A program made the translations under genes and the position numbers. This document shows, one piece after another, positions 8,882 through 18,106 of a DNA stretch of 32,000 bases. Position 1 is the first letter of the stretch; each line of letters starts with the position of its first letter. The stretch lies in assembly GCA_002716355.1 (NCBI GenBank), contig PBAU01000005.1:119460-151459 (forward strand), in the 5' to 3' direction. The stretch is from a bacterium. GTDB taxonomy: Bacteria > UBP7 > UBA6624. The notes below the pieces were generated by a model. That model was not told the DNA's origin. It worked only from the letters and a program-made list of their open reading frames with translations, and did no database searches.

Positions 8882-10017
8882 TTGCCTTCCTCCATAGCAT
8901 TCTTGATCCTCTCTTCAACAATATTACCATCAGCAGAAACCATCATTGGCCCCACGATTTCATCTTTCGAATCAACCTTAATGCTTTTTTCATCTTTATC
9001 CATCATATGTGTAATTAAATTCAAAATATTCTTTGCATAAACAGTGCTGGAATGTAAAGGTACCAATGCAGGGATATTTTCTGGACCAAGTATCGAAACG
9101 CCTTTATGGCTTACAGTTGAACCAGGTTTGGTTAATTCACAATTTCCACCATTTGCAGCAGCCATATCAACTATAACTGAACCGGGTTTCATTTTTTCAA
9201 CCATGTCTTTTGTGATAAGAACAGGGGCTTTTTTCCCAGGGACCAAAGCAGTACTTATAACACAATTAGAAACAGATATCCTTTCGGTAAGAACCTCTCT
9301 TTGTTTTGCCAAAAACTCTTTGGAAACCTGTTTAGCATATCCCCCTTCTGCAGAATTGTCTTCTTCTGAATCAACCTCTATGAATTTTCCACCTAGAGAT
9401 TCAACTTCTTCTTTTGTTTCGGGCCTTATGTCAGAAACCTCAACCCTTGCCCCTAACCTTCTTGCAGTTGCTATGGCTTGTAAGCCAGCAACACCAGCAC
9501 CTAAAATCACAACTCTTGCTGGAGATAATGTGCCAGCTGCTGTTGTCATCATCGGAAAAATTTGTCCCAAGTGATCAGCTCCAAGCAAAACAGCCTTGTA
9601 TCCTGCAATGTTGCTTTGACTAGATAGGCTATCCATAGATTGAGCTCTAGATATTCTCGGTAAAAACTCCATCGCTAATGCAGTGATGTTTTTAACAGCT
9701 AGAGACTTCATGCTTTTTAAGTTTAAAAAAGGATCTATTGAACCAATTAAAACTGCAGAATCTTTTAAGAGTTTGATTTCAGATTCATCAGGGCAAGAAA
9801 CCTTGCATACGCAATCTGCACCAAAAGCTTTTTTTCTATCAACAATCTTTGCACCTACATTTTTAAAATCAGCATCACTAATCAAGCTTAGCGAACCTGC
9901 ATCCGATTCAACTAACACATCAAAACCCATAGCAATGAATTTTTTAACTGTATCTGGTGTTGCTGAAACTCTTGTTTCTCCCTTTTTTGATTCTTTGACG
10001 ATACCTATAGTAAACAT
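8878..10017 (-). CDS. pntAA: NAD(P) transhydrogenase subunit alpha, part 1 (NAD(H)-binding dI)
   Basis: 379 aa with an alanine-dehydrogenase/PNT fold. Motifs include GIVKESKKGETRVSATP and the Rossmann segment VVILGAGVAGLQAIATARRLGARV. AGGAG lies upstream of the ATG. Confidence 0.92.
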   Translation of the reverse strand: MFTIGIVKESKKGETRVSATPDTVKKFIAMGFDVLVESDAGSLSLISDADFKNVGAKIVDRKKAFGADCVCKVSCPDESEIKLLKDSAVLIGSIDPFLNLKSMKSLAVKNITALAMEFLPRISRAQSMDSLSSQSNIAGYKAVLLGADHLGQIFPMMTTAAGTLSPARVVILGAGVAGLQAIATARRLGARVEVSDIRPETKEEVESLGGKFIEVDSEEDNSAEGGYAKQVSKEFLAKQREVLTERISVSNCVISTALVPGKKAPVLITKDMVEKMKPGSVIVDMAAANGGNCELTKPGSTVSHKGVSILGPENIPALVPLHSSTVYAKNILNLITHMMDKDEKSIKVDSKDEIVGPMMVSADGNIVEERIKNAMEEGK

Positions 10018-10044
10018 GTAAAACTCCTCTTTTGACTTAAAAGG

Positions 10045-10479
10045 TTATTCTAAATCTGAAAAAAAATCAGTCAAGTTTATCTTTTCGAAAATCACTTGAA
10101 AAATCTTTTTTTCGCTCTTGTTTAAACCTTTATCTATCTTTTTTAAAAAAAGATTGACCTCTTCGTAAAAAAATTTCAAAAGCTGATTGCCGGCAGGTGA
10201 TGCTTTGATTAAAATCTTTCGCCTATCAGTAGAAGGAACTTTAAAATGAATCAATCGTTGTTTTTGCATCCTTTCAACAACTCTAGTTATGGATGTCTGA
10301 GAAACAACAAGGTTTGATGAAATATCCTTTAAGCTAACCCATTCATTCTGATTATCAAGCTCCAGCAAAACCCTGATTTGAAGTTTTGTATATTGCGGAT
10401 AACGCAAAACCTTTTTTAATTCATGATTCAAATTTGCCTGAAGTTTAAAAATTCCCGAAATAACTTTTTTTCGATTCAT
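10045..10479 (-). CDS. MarR-family transcriptional regulator
   Basis: 144 aa. The winged-HTH region (LKDISSNLVVSQTSITRVVERMQKQRLI...STDRRK) is typical of MarR. There is an ATGA overlap with the upstream dehydrogenase. Confidence 0.8.
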   Translation of the reverse strand: MNRKKVISGIFKLQANLNHELKKVLRYPQYTKLQIRVLLELDNQNEWVSLKDISSNLVVSQTSITRVVERMQKQRLIHFKVPSTDRRKILIKASPAGNQLLKFFYEEVNLFLKKIDKGLNKSEKKIFQVIFEKINLTDFFSDLE

Positions 10480-11486
10480 TCGATCTTAAGCAACACTTTA
10501 CCTATTGCACTTGATTCTTCTAAGTGTTGATGAGCTTGTGCAATATCCTTCCAGTTAAAACCTCTATCAATCAAAACCTTCAAATCTCCATTTGCTACTC
10601 TGGGTAAAATTTCATTTTTCAAATCCTTAAAACTCCCCATAGTGCTACCCATGATCGTTTGGTTTTTGATAAAAAGATGTGGAAGGTTTATCTTCACAAT
10701 AGGGCCAGTAGTTCCGCCACAAGTTACAAGATTTCCATTTCTCTTTAAGATGCTCAAGCTTCTTTTCCATGTTTTTGCACCAGTATGCTCAACAACAACA
10801 TCAACACCCTTCGGTGAAAAATCTCTTACCGCACTAACGATATCATCTTTAGCCGGATCCAATAGAAGATCCCAGGATCCTGAATCAATTTTTGATATTT
10901 TTGAACCTCTAGCAGTTCCAACAACCTTAGCTCCGTGTAATTTTGCAATTTGACCAGCAGCATGCCCTACACCACTGCCAGCACCCCACACAAAAACAAT
11001 ATCGCCCTTTTTGACATTACATCTACGAACAACCATATTCCAGGATGTTAGAAAAGATAATGGGAATGCAGCTGCAACTTTATCATCAATACAATCATCT
11101 AATGGAATCCATAAATTCGATTTTTGCTTTAAATAGGTTGACAAAGTTCCATTGCAGGTTTCTCCATGGATACCATAACTTTCTGATAAATAATCACCTA
11201 TTCCTGGTGAAAGCAACACCCTTTGTCCTTCTTTTAAAAATGTTGCATTTTTACCTCGCGCAACCACGACACCCACACCTTCAGAGCATGGAACAATTGG
11301 ATATGTTACACCAGGCAAACCTCGGCGTACCCACAGGTCAAGATGATTCATGGCAGCATAATTCATCTTAACAACCACATCATCATCTCGGATCTCTCCA
11401 ATATCAAAATCTTCAAAATCAAAAACATCGAAAGATCCTGGTTTTCGAATAATCACTCTTTGCCCTTTTTCCATCAAAACAAACAC
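10476..11486 (-). CDS. Zinc-type alcohol dehydrogenase / quinone oxidoreductase family (MDR superfamily) protein
   Basis: 336 aa with a GroES-like N-terminal domain and a Rossmann segment (VWGAGSGVGHAAGQIAKLHGAKVVG). The start is either GTG 11486 or ATG 11474. Confidence 0.8.
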   Translation of the reverse strand: MFVLMEKGQRVIIRKPGSFDVFDFEDFDIGEIRDDDVVVKMNYAAMNHLDLWVRRGLPGVTYPIVPCSEGVGVVVARGKNATFLKEGQRVLLSPGIGDYLSESYGIHGETCNGTLSTYLKQKSNLWIPLDDCIDDKVAAAFPLSFLTSWNMVVRRCNVKKGDIVFVWGAGSGVGHAAGQIAKLHGAKVVGTARGSKISKIDSGSWDLLLDPAKDDIVSAVRDFSPKGVDVVVEHTGAKTWKRSLSILKRNGNLVTCGGTTGPIVKINLPHLFIKNQTIMGSTMGSFKDLKNEILPRVANGDLKVLIDRGFNWKDIAQAHQHLEESSAIGKVLLKIE

Positions 11487-11520
11487 ATCTTAAACTGATA
11501 TCGATTATTATTATTGAGCT

Positions 11521-11961
11521 ATGCTGCTATTTGATTGCTTTGTTGTCAATAAGATTAACGATGATTACAGATTCCTGATGCTAAAAAGAGCCAAGGGAAA
11601 AATGTATGAAGGGATGTGGAGAATGGTTGCTGGAAAAATCAAACCAAATGAAAAAGCATGGGAAGCCTGCTTAAGGGAGATACAAGAAGAAACCAATCTA
11701 AAAATTGATGAACTTTACTCAGTACCGTTCATTAATTCTTTTTATGAGTGGGAAACAGATTCAATACATAGCATTCCAGTCTTTTTAGCGATCACAAAAG
11801 AATCAAAGGTCGCAATGAATGATGAACATGACAAATACGAATGGCTATATGTTGATGAAGCAATTTCGAGACTGGAATGGCCTGGACAGAAAAAAGGCAT
11901 CGAAGAATCGTTCAAAATGCTGACAAACAAACAAATGAAACAGTTGTTAAGAATCAAATAA
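11521..11961 (+). CDS. NUDIX hydrolase
   Basis: 146 aa. The Nudix box is GKIKPNEKAWEACLREIQEETNL (GX5EX7REUXEEXGU pattern). Confidence 0.8.
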   Translation: MLLFDCFVVNKINDDYRFLMLKRAKGKMYEGMWRMVAGKIKPNEKAWEACLREIQEETNLKIDELYSVPFINSFYEWETDSIHSIPVFLAITKESKVAMNDEHDKYEWLYVDEAISRLEWPGQKKGIEESFKMLTNKQMKQLLRIK

Positions 11962-11966
11962 AAAAA

Positions 11967-12995
11967 CTAAAGAAATTTCTTTATTAAGGCTAATGCACCC
12001 TGTTTCCAAGGCACCCTATGTCCAGTACCAGCATTAGAAAAACTATTTCTGTTTTCAAGATACCATTTGTATGTTCTTATCAATGTATCTGAATTTGAGT
12101 AAGAAGGACTCCATCCAAGCTTTTGTAATTTTGCAGTGTCAACCCAGGAATCCTGATCAGCAGTTCCATACACCCATTTGTATAAAGGTGAAAGGTTTAG
12201 AAGCTCCAATATCGCAAGTGCTGATTTTGCAAAAGCTGCATTCGTTGGAAAAATCCTTGAGCCCTTCTTGGAAAATTTGAATAATTCCCCCAGGTCATCA
12301 CAGACAGAGGAGAAATCGGAGGCTCCTACATTAAAGCAACCATTACATGATTCATCATCCGAATTTATTAAAAGCTCAATGGCGCTAACAAGGTCAGCAA
12401 CATCTAAAAGTTGGTATTTATTTTTCCCATCACCTATAACTGGAATCTTTGTTCCAGAATAGACCCAATCAAATAATATCTCAAATACACCCAGTCTTTC
12501 TGGGCCTATAAAAGTTTTAGGTCTAACAACTGGGATAATCATGCCTTTTTCCCTGGCTTTCATACATTCAAGCTCAGCTAAAACTTTACTTTCTCCATAA
12601 GATCCAACCCCTTTCATCTGGTCGCTTTCAACTAGTGGATGATGGTCTGGAACACCATAAACAGCTGTGCTTGAAACATAAACTACTTTCTTGACATTCA
12701 TTTTTCTTGAAACCTCAAGAACATTTCTTGTACCAAGAACATTTGTTTCAAAAATATCCTTTTTTGGAGCAAGTGGCAAAGCTGCTGCAGCATGAATGAC
12801 AATATCTGAATCTACAATAGCAAACTCCAAATCCCTTACATTTCTAATGTCTCCAACAAAACAAGATTGATTTCCTGACACTGCAGAAAATAAAGATGAA
12901 TCAAAGTCAAAAAGATTAACCTCACAATCTGAAAATTTTTCAGCAAGGTGCCAGCCTAAAAAACCTCCACCGCCAGTAATAGTTATCCTCATCAC
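11967..12995 (-). CDS. NAD-dependent epimerase/dehydratase family protein (extended SDR)
   Basis: 342 aa. It has the N-terminal motif ITITGGGGFLGWHL and a YGESK catalytic motif. The start is either GTG 12995 or ATG 12992. Confidence 0.8.
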   Translation of the reverse strand: MMRITITGGGGFLGWHLAEKFSDCEVNLFDFDSSLFSAVSGNQSCFVGDIRNVRDLEFAIVDSDIVIHAAAALPLAPKKDIFETNVLGTRNVLEVSRKMNVKKVVYVSSTAVYGVPDHHPLVESDQMKGVGSYGESKVLAELECMKAREKGMIIPVVRPKTFIGPERLGVFEILFDWVYSGTKIPVIGDGKNKYQLLDVADLVSAIELLINSDDESCNGCFNVGASDFSSVCDDLGELFKFSKKGSRIFPTNAAFAKSALAILELLNLSPLYKWVYGTADQDSWVDTAKLQKLGWSPSYSNSDTLIRTYKWYLENRNSFSNAGTGHRVPWKQGALALIKKFL

Positions 12996-13095
12996 TTAAA
13001 TCCTAGACTCGTATTGTGAAAATAGAAACTTTTTTATCTTTTTAACAGTATTTATTTTGATTAGGTTTTTACCTAAATGTTTTTATTCACCTCTA

Positions 13096-13122
13096 ACGGG
13101 CACCTGAAAAGGTGTCCGTTTT
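13096..13122 (+). terminator. GC-rich hairpin followed by a short T-run (terminator- or attenuator-like); function unassigned
   Basis: ACGGGCACC-tgaaaa-GGTGTCCGT forms a 9-bp stem with one G-T pair, followed by TTTCATTC. It lies in the largest non-coding gap of the window. No + strand gene ends immediately upstream. Confidence 0.3.
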
Positions 13123-13150
13123 CATTCAAATTAGAATACAAGTCAGCCAA

Positions 13151-13666
13151 ATGGAATGTGAATCAACAAACTTCTCAACCACTTATAAAAAAAACAAAAG
13201 TGTCCTAAGTTCTAAATTAGGCTTTTTGGAAGGCACATGGCATGGCCATGGAAAAATCAAAAATCATAAAGTGACAAGTTTGCTGACAATACAATGGCAA
13301 GGTCAGTTTCTAATTTGGAATAGCAAATCTGTTTCAGATGAATTAACATTTGAGAACAGCTCTTCAGGCCCGCAGATACCTCAATGGAAACTGGAAACAT
13401 CGGAAATGATTGTCTTTCAGGGTTTTGGGAAAGGACAAATTATACATATGCACATAAGGGACAAAAATAAATGGGATCCTTTGAATCTTAAATTTGAAGA
13501 ACTGTTTTTAAGGCTTTATTTGAAACAGGCCAATAAGCAACTCTTGTTTGAACCCATTGATAGTAACAAATTCCAAAAAAATTTCTTTATAGAGCTGCAC
13601 AAAGGGTTCGAAAAAATAATTTTTAAAAATAACAATGGCACCAAATTAACCTATTTTCGAGATTAA
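13151..13666 (+). CDS. Hypothetical protein; weak resemblance to lipocalin-like DUF1579/nitrobindin-type beta-barrels
   Basis: The ORF track starts at GTG 13112, but that codon lies inside the 3' arm of the hairpin above, so ATG 13151 (MECESTNF...) is my preferred start. The only recognisable feature is GFLEGTWHGHG near the N-terminus, followed by beta-strand-like alternation. The 3' end overlaps the convergent arginase gene by 21 nt. Confidence 0.45.
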   Translation: MECESTNFSTTYKKNKSVLSSKLGFLEGTWHGHGKIKNHKVTSLLTIQWQGQFLIWNSKSVSDELTFENSSSGPQIPQWKLETSEMIVFQGFGKGQIIHMHIRDKNKWDPLNLKFEELFLRLYLKQANKQLLFEPIDSNKFQKNFFIELHKGFEKIIFKNNNGTKLTYFRD

Positions 13667-14512
13667 AAAATCTAATAATTTTTCAACACACTCTTTGGTT
13701 TTACCACCTTTATCATGCAAGGGGTTGTATTCCACAAAATCCAAAGAAAGTAGATTACCTTTAGTTAAGATTTGATCCAGTAAATCAATCGCCTCTTTTG
13801 GATCAAAGCCACGATCAACAGGCGTTCCAACCCCAGGGGCAAACAAAGGATCAATTGAATCGATATCAAAACTTAAGCAGTAATCATCGCCTGTAATCAA
13901 ACTAACTTTTTTTGCAATTTCAGCAAGACCTTGTTTTTTAATTTCCTCAGCACTGAAGTAAGTTATATTTTCTTTATCAAGAAGAGCAGTTTCACCTGGA
14001 TCAACATCTCTCAAGCCTAAGATAACAACTTTTTTTGGATCAAATAAAGATGAACCGACAACATCACTTAAATGCTTAACTTTTTCTCCAATCAAGGCAG
14101 CTAAAGGCATCCCGTGTAAATTCCCTGAAGGGGATGTTAGATGGGTGTTTAAGTCAGCATGAGCATCAAACCAAATCAAGCCGGGGCTCTCTTTATTTTC
14201 GAAAGAATACGCAGAAGCAACAGCGCTTAGTGAACCTGAAGAAATCGAATGGTCTCCACCCAAAACAAAAGGGAAATAGCCTAATAATGTATTTTTGAAT
14301 GTTTCTGATTTCAACCTTAAGCAAACATCCTTCAAGGAATTGTTTCTATCTTTTTTCAAATCATTCCTAGAATCTATCTCTATAAATTTATGATCTTTTT
14401 GCAAGCCTCTAAATAAATTTAAATCTAAGATTTGGAAAGGACCTAAATCTGAACCATTAACATTGCCACCAAGTGAAGTAGGTGTGCTAATAAAACAAAT
14501 CCTCTTAGTCAT
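13646..14512 (-). CDS. rocF: Arginase (ureohydrolase family)
   Basis: GGDHSIS, WFDAHADLNT, HGMPLAAL and SFDIDSIDP are the Mn-binding ureohydrolase blocks. The DAHADxNT and GMPL forms favour arginase over agmatinase. I prefer start ATG 14512 (MTKRICFIS...), which overlaps the upstream stop by 8 nt, over the track's longer 14569 start. Confidence 0.82.
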   Translation of the reverse strand: MTKRICFISTPTSLGGNVNGSDLGPFQILDLNLFRGLQKDHKFIEIDSRNDLKKDRNNSLKDVCLRLKSETFKNTLLGYFPFVLGGDHSISSGSLSAVASAYSFENKESPGLIWFDAHADLNTHLTSPSGNLHGMPLAALIGEKVKHLSDVVGSSLFDPKKVVILGLRDVDPGETALLDKENITYFSAEEIKKQGLAEIAKKVSLITGDDYCLSFDIDSIDPLFAPGVGTPVDRGFDPKEAIDLLDQILTKGNLLSLDFVEYNPLHDKGGKTKECVEKLLDFLISKIG

Positions 14513-15320
14513 TTTCGTCAATCCTGATTTCTGCAATAAGCTCTTCATGAAAATAACTGTTACTTGCAACTATATCCCCACATTCCATAAAAGAATCTTC
14601 ACCATGAAAATCACTAACCTTTCCTCCAGCTTCATCAACGATCAAAACTCCAGCAGCTATATCCCAAACAGAAAGCCCACCTTCCCAAAAACAATCAAAC
14701 CTCCCACAAGCGGTATATGCAAGATCCAAAGCAGCAGACCCCATCCTTCTTATCCCTCCTGATTTATTAAACAAAGCTTCAAACTGTTTTGAAAAAAGTT
14801 TTATCCTGTCTTTCTCCTTGTGGGGGAATCCAGTTGCAATCATTGAACCTTCAAGCTCTTTTTTTTCACTGACTTGCATTTGGATTGATTTGCCACCCTG
14901 TTTCAAATAGCTTCCCATTCCTTTTTCAGCAATAAACATTTCATCATGGACAACATCGTAAATAGCACCAAGATAAATTTTTTTCAAATCCTTCGATGCT
15001 AACGCAACAGAAATTGAGAAAAATGGTAAACCCTGAACAAAATTTCGTGTACCATCAATTGGATCAACTATCCAAATTTTGTCTGAATCCAATGAATCTT
15101 GTTTTCCGCTCTCTTCTCCAAGAAAACCTGCTTTTTCATCGATCTGATACAAACCTTCCTTTAAAAATAATTCGGAATCCTGGTCAACCTTTGTGACAAG
15201 ATCAAAACCTTCTTTTGCTGAAATATCTTTTTCCTCGAGGGTTCTAAAAGATTTTTTTGAAATTTTTGATGCTTGGTAAATTAAATCACATACAAGATCA
15301 ATTTTTTTTATTTGTCCCAA
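14505..15320 (-). CDS. Inositol monophosphatase family protein (SuhB-like)
   Basis: 271 aa. Motifs are GEESG, WIVDPIDGTRNF and GSAALDLAYTACGRFDCFWE. The start is TTG 15320, overlapping the moeA stop. Confidence 0.82.
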   Translation of the reverse strand: MGQIKKIDLVCDLIYQASKISKKSFRTLEEKDISAKEGFDLVTKVDQDSELFLKEGLYQIDEKAGFLGEESGKQDSLDSDKIWIVDPIDGTRNFVQGLPFFSISVALASKDLKKIYLGAIYDVVHDEMFIAEKGMGSYLKQGGKSIQMQVSEKKELEGSMIATGFPHKEKDRIKLFSKQFEALFNKSGGIRRMGSAALDLAYTACGRFDCFWEGGLSVWDIAAGVLIVDEAGGKVSDFHGEDSFMECGDIVASNSYFHEELIAEIRIDEND

Positions 15321-16516
15321 CTCAAAACCTCTATTTCAGAATTTCTACTAAATTCATTTGTTTCCGCAGGCAAACGAATTAAAAACTCTGTGTCAGACAA
15401 TCCTGAGACACGATGACTACCATTTGGTTGAACATTAATTACTTTAACTGGATTGTAAGAAGCAAATCTTCCAGGTAGAAATCCTTCTTTTTTTGACTTC
15501 CAAATAAGCGCCTCATCCAACATCGCATTCGTGTGTAAAGGCCTATACCTTTTTGCACCAACCATTAATCTCATAATTTGTATTCCTAAAAGCTCAAAAA
15601 CAACCAATGAGCTTAATGGGTTCCCGGAAATACCCAAGCCAATAACCCCTTCTGAAAGAGAGGTCAGGAAACTAGGTCCACCAGGCTGCATTGCAATTTT
15701 ATCGAAAATAATTTCACCACCATTTTCCACAAAAGCCCTCTTAGCATAATCCCTTTCCCCATCAGCAGCACCGCCTAAAGTAATTACAAAATCCGCTTTG
15801 TTTTTAGCTTCAGAAACAGCTTTTGAAAGAGATTCAAGGTCATCTTCAACCAATTCAGAATAAACAACATTGCCACCCTGCTCTTTAACGATTTGGCCAA
15901 TAGCTTGAAGGTTACCGCATTTAACACCTTGTTTCTTTGATCCTGGCAAAACCAATTCATTCCCGTTGGCAATCAGAGCAACTCTTGGCATTTTAGAAAC
16001 CTCAACAGATTCAATATCGCAAGAGATTAAAGCTTGTATGGCCCAGTAACTTAAACGGCAACCTTTCAAAGCAACCATGTCACCAACATTCACATCTTCT
16101 CCTTTAACCCTGAAATACTCTCCTCGTTTTGGGCATTCCGAAAAAGCAATCCTGCCATCTTCTTCCCGAACTACCTTTTCCCACGGGACAATCGCAGTAG
16201 CACCTCTAGGGATTTGTGCTCCTGTTGCAACCCATGCACAAACATCACCATCAATAGATTTTCTTTTATCTTCAGCGTATGTTGGATCACCAGTTTGTAA
16301 GATTACAGGTTCATTTCTTGTAGCATCAATGAGCAATTGATGATCAACTGCCCAACCATCCATTGCACTTACAGTCTCTCTTGGGTTATCACATTTGGAC
16401 GCAGCTGAATCTGACAACCACCTACCACTTGATTCAGTAATATTCATCTTTTCTGAACCTAATGGTTTAACAATTTTGTCAATTAAATCTTGTGCTTCAT
16501 TGAAAAGTACACTCAT
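15308..16516 (-). CDS. moeA: Molybdopterin molybdenumtransferase
   Basis: SAMDGWAV, GAQIPRGATAIVPWE and LGGAADGERDY match the MoeA/gephyrin E-domain organisation. My preferred start is ATG 16516 (MSVLFNEAQ...), which makes an ATGA overlap with the mobA stop. The track start is 16531. Confidence 0.85.
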   Translation of the reverse strand: MSVLFNEAQDLIDKIVKPLGSEKMNITESSGRWLSDSAASKCDNPRETVSAMDGWAVDHQLLIDATRNEPVILQTGDPTYAEDKRKSIDGDVCAWVATGAQIPRGATAIVPWEKVVREEDGRIAFSECPKRGEYFRVKGEDVNVGDMVALKGCRLSYWAIQALISCDIESVEVSKMPRVALIANGNELVLPGSKKQGVKCGNLQAIGQIVKEQGGNVVYSELVEDDLESLSKAVSEAKNKADFVITLGGAADGERDYAKRAFVENGGEIIFDKIAMQPGGPSFLTSLSEGVIGLGISGNPLSSLVVFELLGIQIMRLMVGAKRYRPLHTNAMLDEALIWKSKKEGFLPGRFASYNPVKVINVQPNGSHRVSGLSDTEFLIRLPAETNEFSRNSEIEVLSWDK

Positions 16517-17124
16517 TTCATTTTCTCCCATTCTTGCATTAGAAAATCTAAATCATGGATGTCGTTATTGTTATGAAAACATATTTTTGAAATCCCTCTA
16601 GAAGTAAAATGGCTTTCTTCAATAAGTTGCACTTTAATCCTGTCAAGAAAGCCCCAAAGTTTTCTTCGTAAATTTGATTCAGTTGTTCTTTCAAGATATT
16701 TTGGTATATCTTTATGTATTGATGTTCTGTATAGAGATAAAGTTGGTTGCGGAAAGCCTAAAGCATGGGGCATCAAACAGTCAGTTTTACCATCTGCAAT
16801 TTCCCATAACATACTAGGTAAATCTTTATGAACTGTAGGAACATCACAACAGCCGCAAAATGCCCAGGCAGTTTTGCATGCTTTCAAGCCTGTATAAAGG
16901 CCAGAAAGAATACCTTCTCCAGGAAGCTCATCATCAACAATTTCCCAATCAGAAAATTTCTCTGGAGATGGTGGCATGCCTACAATAAAAACCCTTTCAG
17001 CAGTTTCAGATAATGTTTGGAGAGTTTTCGTCAAAAAATTAACACCATCGATCTCAAGTAACGCTTTAGGCCTTCCCATCCTTGTGCTTTTGCCACCAGC
17101 CAAAACAAAAGCTTCTGATATCAT
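16513..17124 (-). CDS. mobA: Molybdenum cofactor guanylyltransferase
   Basis: 203 aa. The N-terminus VLAGGKSTRMGRPKALLEIDG is the MobA signature. There is an ATGA overlap with the upstream thioesterase stop. Confidence 0.82.
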   Translation of the reverse strand: MISEAFVLAGGKSTRMGRPKALLEIDGVNFLTKTLQTLSETAERVFIVGMPPSPEKFSDWEIVDDELPGEGILSGLYTGLKACKTAWAFCGCCDVPTVHKDLPSMLWEIADGKTDCLMPHALGFPQPTLSLYRTSIHKDIPKYLERTTESNLRRKLWGFLDRIKVQLIEESHFTSRGISKICFHNNNDIHDLDFLMQEWEKMK

Positions 17125-18065
17125 CTCCCCAACCTCTTCATCCTTCTGGCTCTTCGTGCTTCTCCCTCAAGGAATCTTCTTTTCTCATCTTCTGTGATTG
17201 GCTCAAAAGATTCAACAGATGTTGGTTTCCCTTTTTTATCTATTGCGACAAAGGTTGCATATGCCGTGCAAACCCTTTTTATTTTTGATTTGTATGGATC
17301 AAAAGCTGTTACTCTAATGCCTATCTCCATTGAGCTATTGTTCACATAATTTACAGCAGCACGATACCTCATGTGTTCATGAATCAATATCGGAGAATGG
17401 AAATCAACAGCATCTAAACTGGCTGTTACAGCTGGCATTTTGCAATACCTGTGACAAGCAAGAGCGGCAATCTCATCAACACACAACATAACCTCTCCAG
17501 CAAAAACTTTATCGGCTAAAAGCATGTCTGGTGTAACCATTCTCATCGCTTGTGCAATAGAAGGTGAGCTAAAACCAGAAGTGTCAGCCTGATCCTTTGT
17601 ATCAAATTCAGACAAACGCTCTAAACGTTTTGATCTTCGATCCAAGGCTGCTCTAAAACTTTCATGCTCATCATCTGTAGCAGGATCCACTGCTGCAACC
17701 TTTGTGGGTTTGCCATTTTCATCTAAAGCAATAAAAGTTAAATGAGCCCTACACGTTGTCAGCGGCTCTCTTCCAGCTCGATCAGTTTTTATTACTTCAA
17801 CTCGAACCTCCATGGAACTACCAAAAGTTGCTTGAACCCTTGATCGAAATGCAACTCTATCACCAAGTGCAACACCTGCTAAAATGTCTATATCCTCCAT
17901 TGCTCCAAGAACTACAGAACCCTTGTGATGGTTACTCGCGGTCAAGGTTCCCGCCTCACAGATCCAATACATCAGCCTTCCACCATAAAGACGACTTGCT
18001 GGATTCACATGCTGAGGGAACACGATTCTTAAAAGTTCCATGGATGTTGAGCTTGGTTTTATCAC
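17121..18065 (-). CDS. Acyl-CoA thioesterase with tandem hotdog domains
   Basis: 314 aa. Two repeats of the BFIT/BACH-type hotdog pattern are present (RIVFPQHVNPASRLYGGRLMYWICEAG... and MVTPDMLLADKVFAGEVMLCVDEIAALAC...). The start is either GTG 18065 or ATG 18041. Confidence 0.75.
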   Translation of the reverse strand: MIKPSSTSMELLRIVFPQHVNPASRLYGGRLMYWICEAGTLTASNHHKGSVVLGAMEDIDILAGVALGDRVAFRSRVQATFGSSMEVRVEVIKTDRAGREPLTTCRAHLTFIALDENGKPTKVAAVDPATDDEHESFRAALDRRSKRLERLSEFDTKDQADTSGFSSPSIAQAMRMVTPDMLLADKVFAGEVMLCVDEIAALACHRYCKMPAVTASLDAVDFHSPILIHEHMRYRAAVNYVNNSSMEIGIRVTAFDPYKSKIKRVCTAYATFVAIDKKGKPTSVESFEPITEDEKRRFLEGEARRARRMKRLGR

Positions 18066-18106
18066 TTTTGTAAATTTTAGTCGTTTAAAAAAATAAAATA
18101 ACCAAT

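Noticed and set aside
9044-9574. A 176-aa + strand ORF, plus neighbours at 8397..8753, 9414..9623 and 9683..10021, antisense to the pnt genes.
   Set aside because: The pntAA, pntAB and pntB assignments on the minus strand are unambiguous. The antisense products are Ser-, Thr- and Pro-rich with no motifs. These are shadow ORFs.
14513-14569. N-terminal extensions given by the longest-ORF rule for arginase (to 14569), ccmC (to 25215), ccmE (to 24453), moeA (to 16531) and the 19012 gene (to 19689).
   Set aside because: In each case an internal ATG forms a 4- or 8-nt overlap with the upstream stop and gives a family-typical N-terminus. The longer versions would overlap the upstream gene by 50-80 nt.
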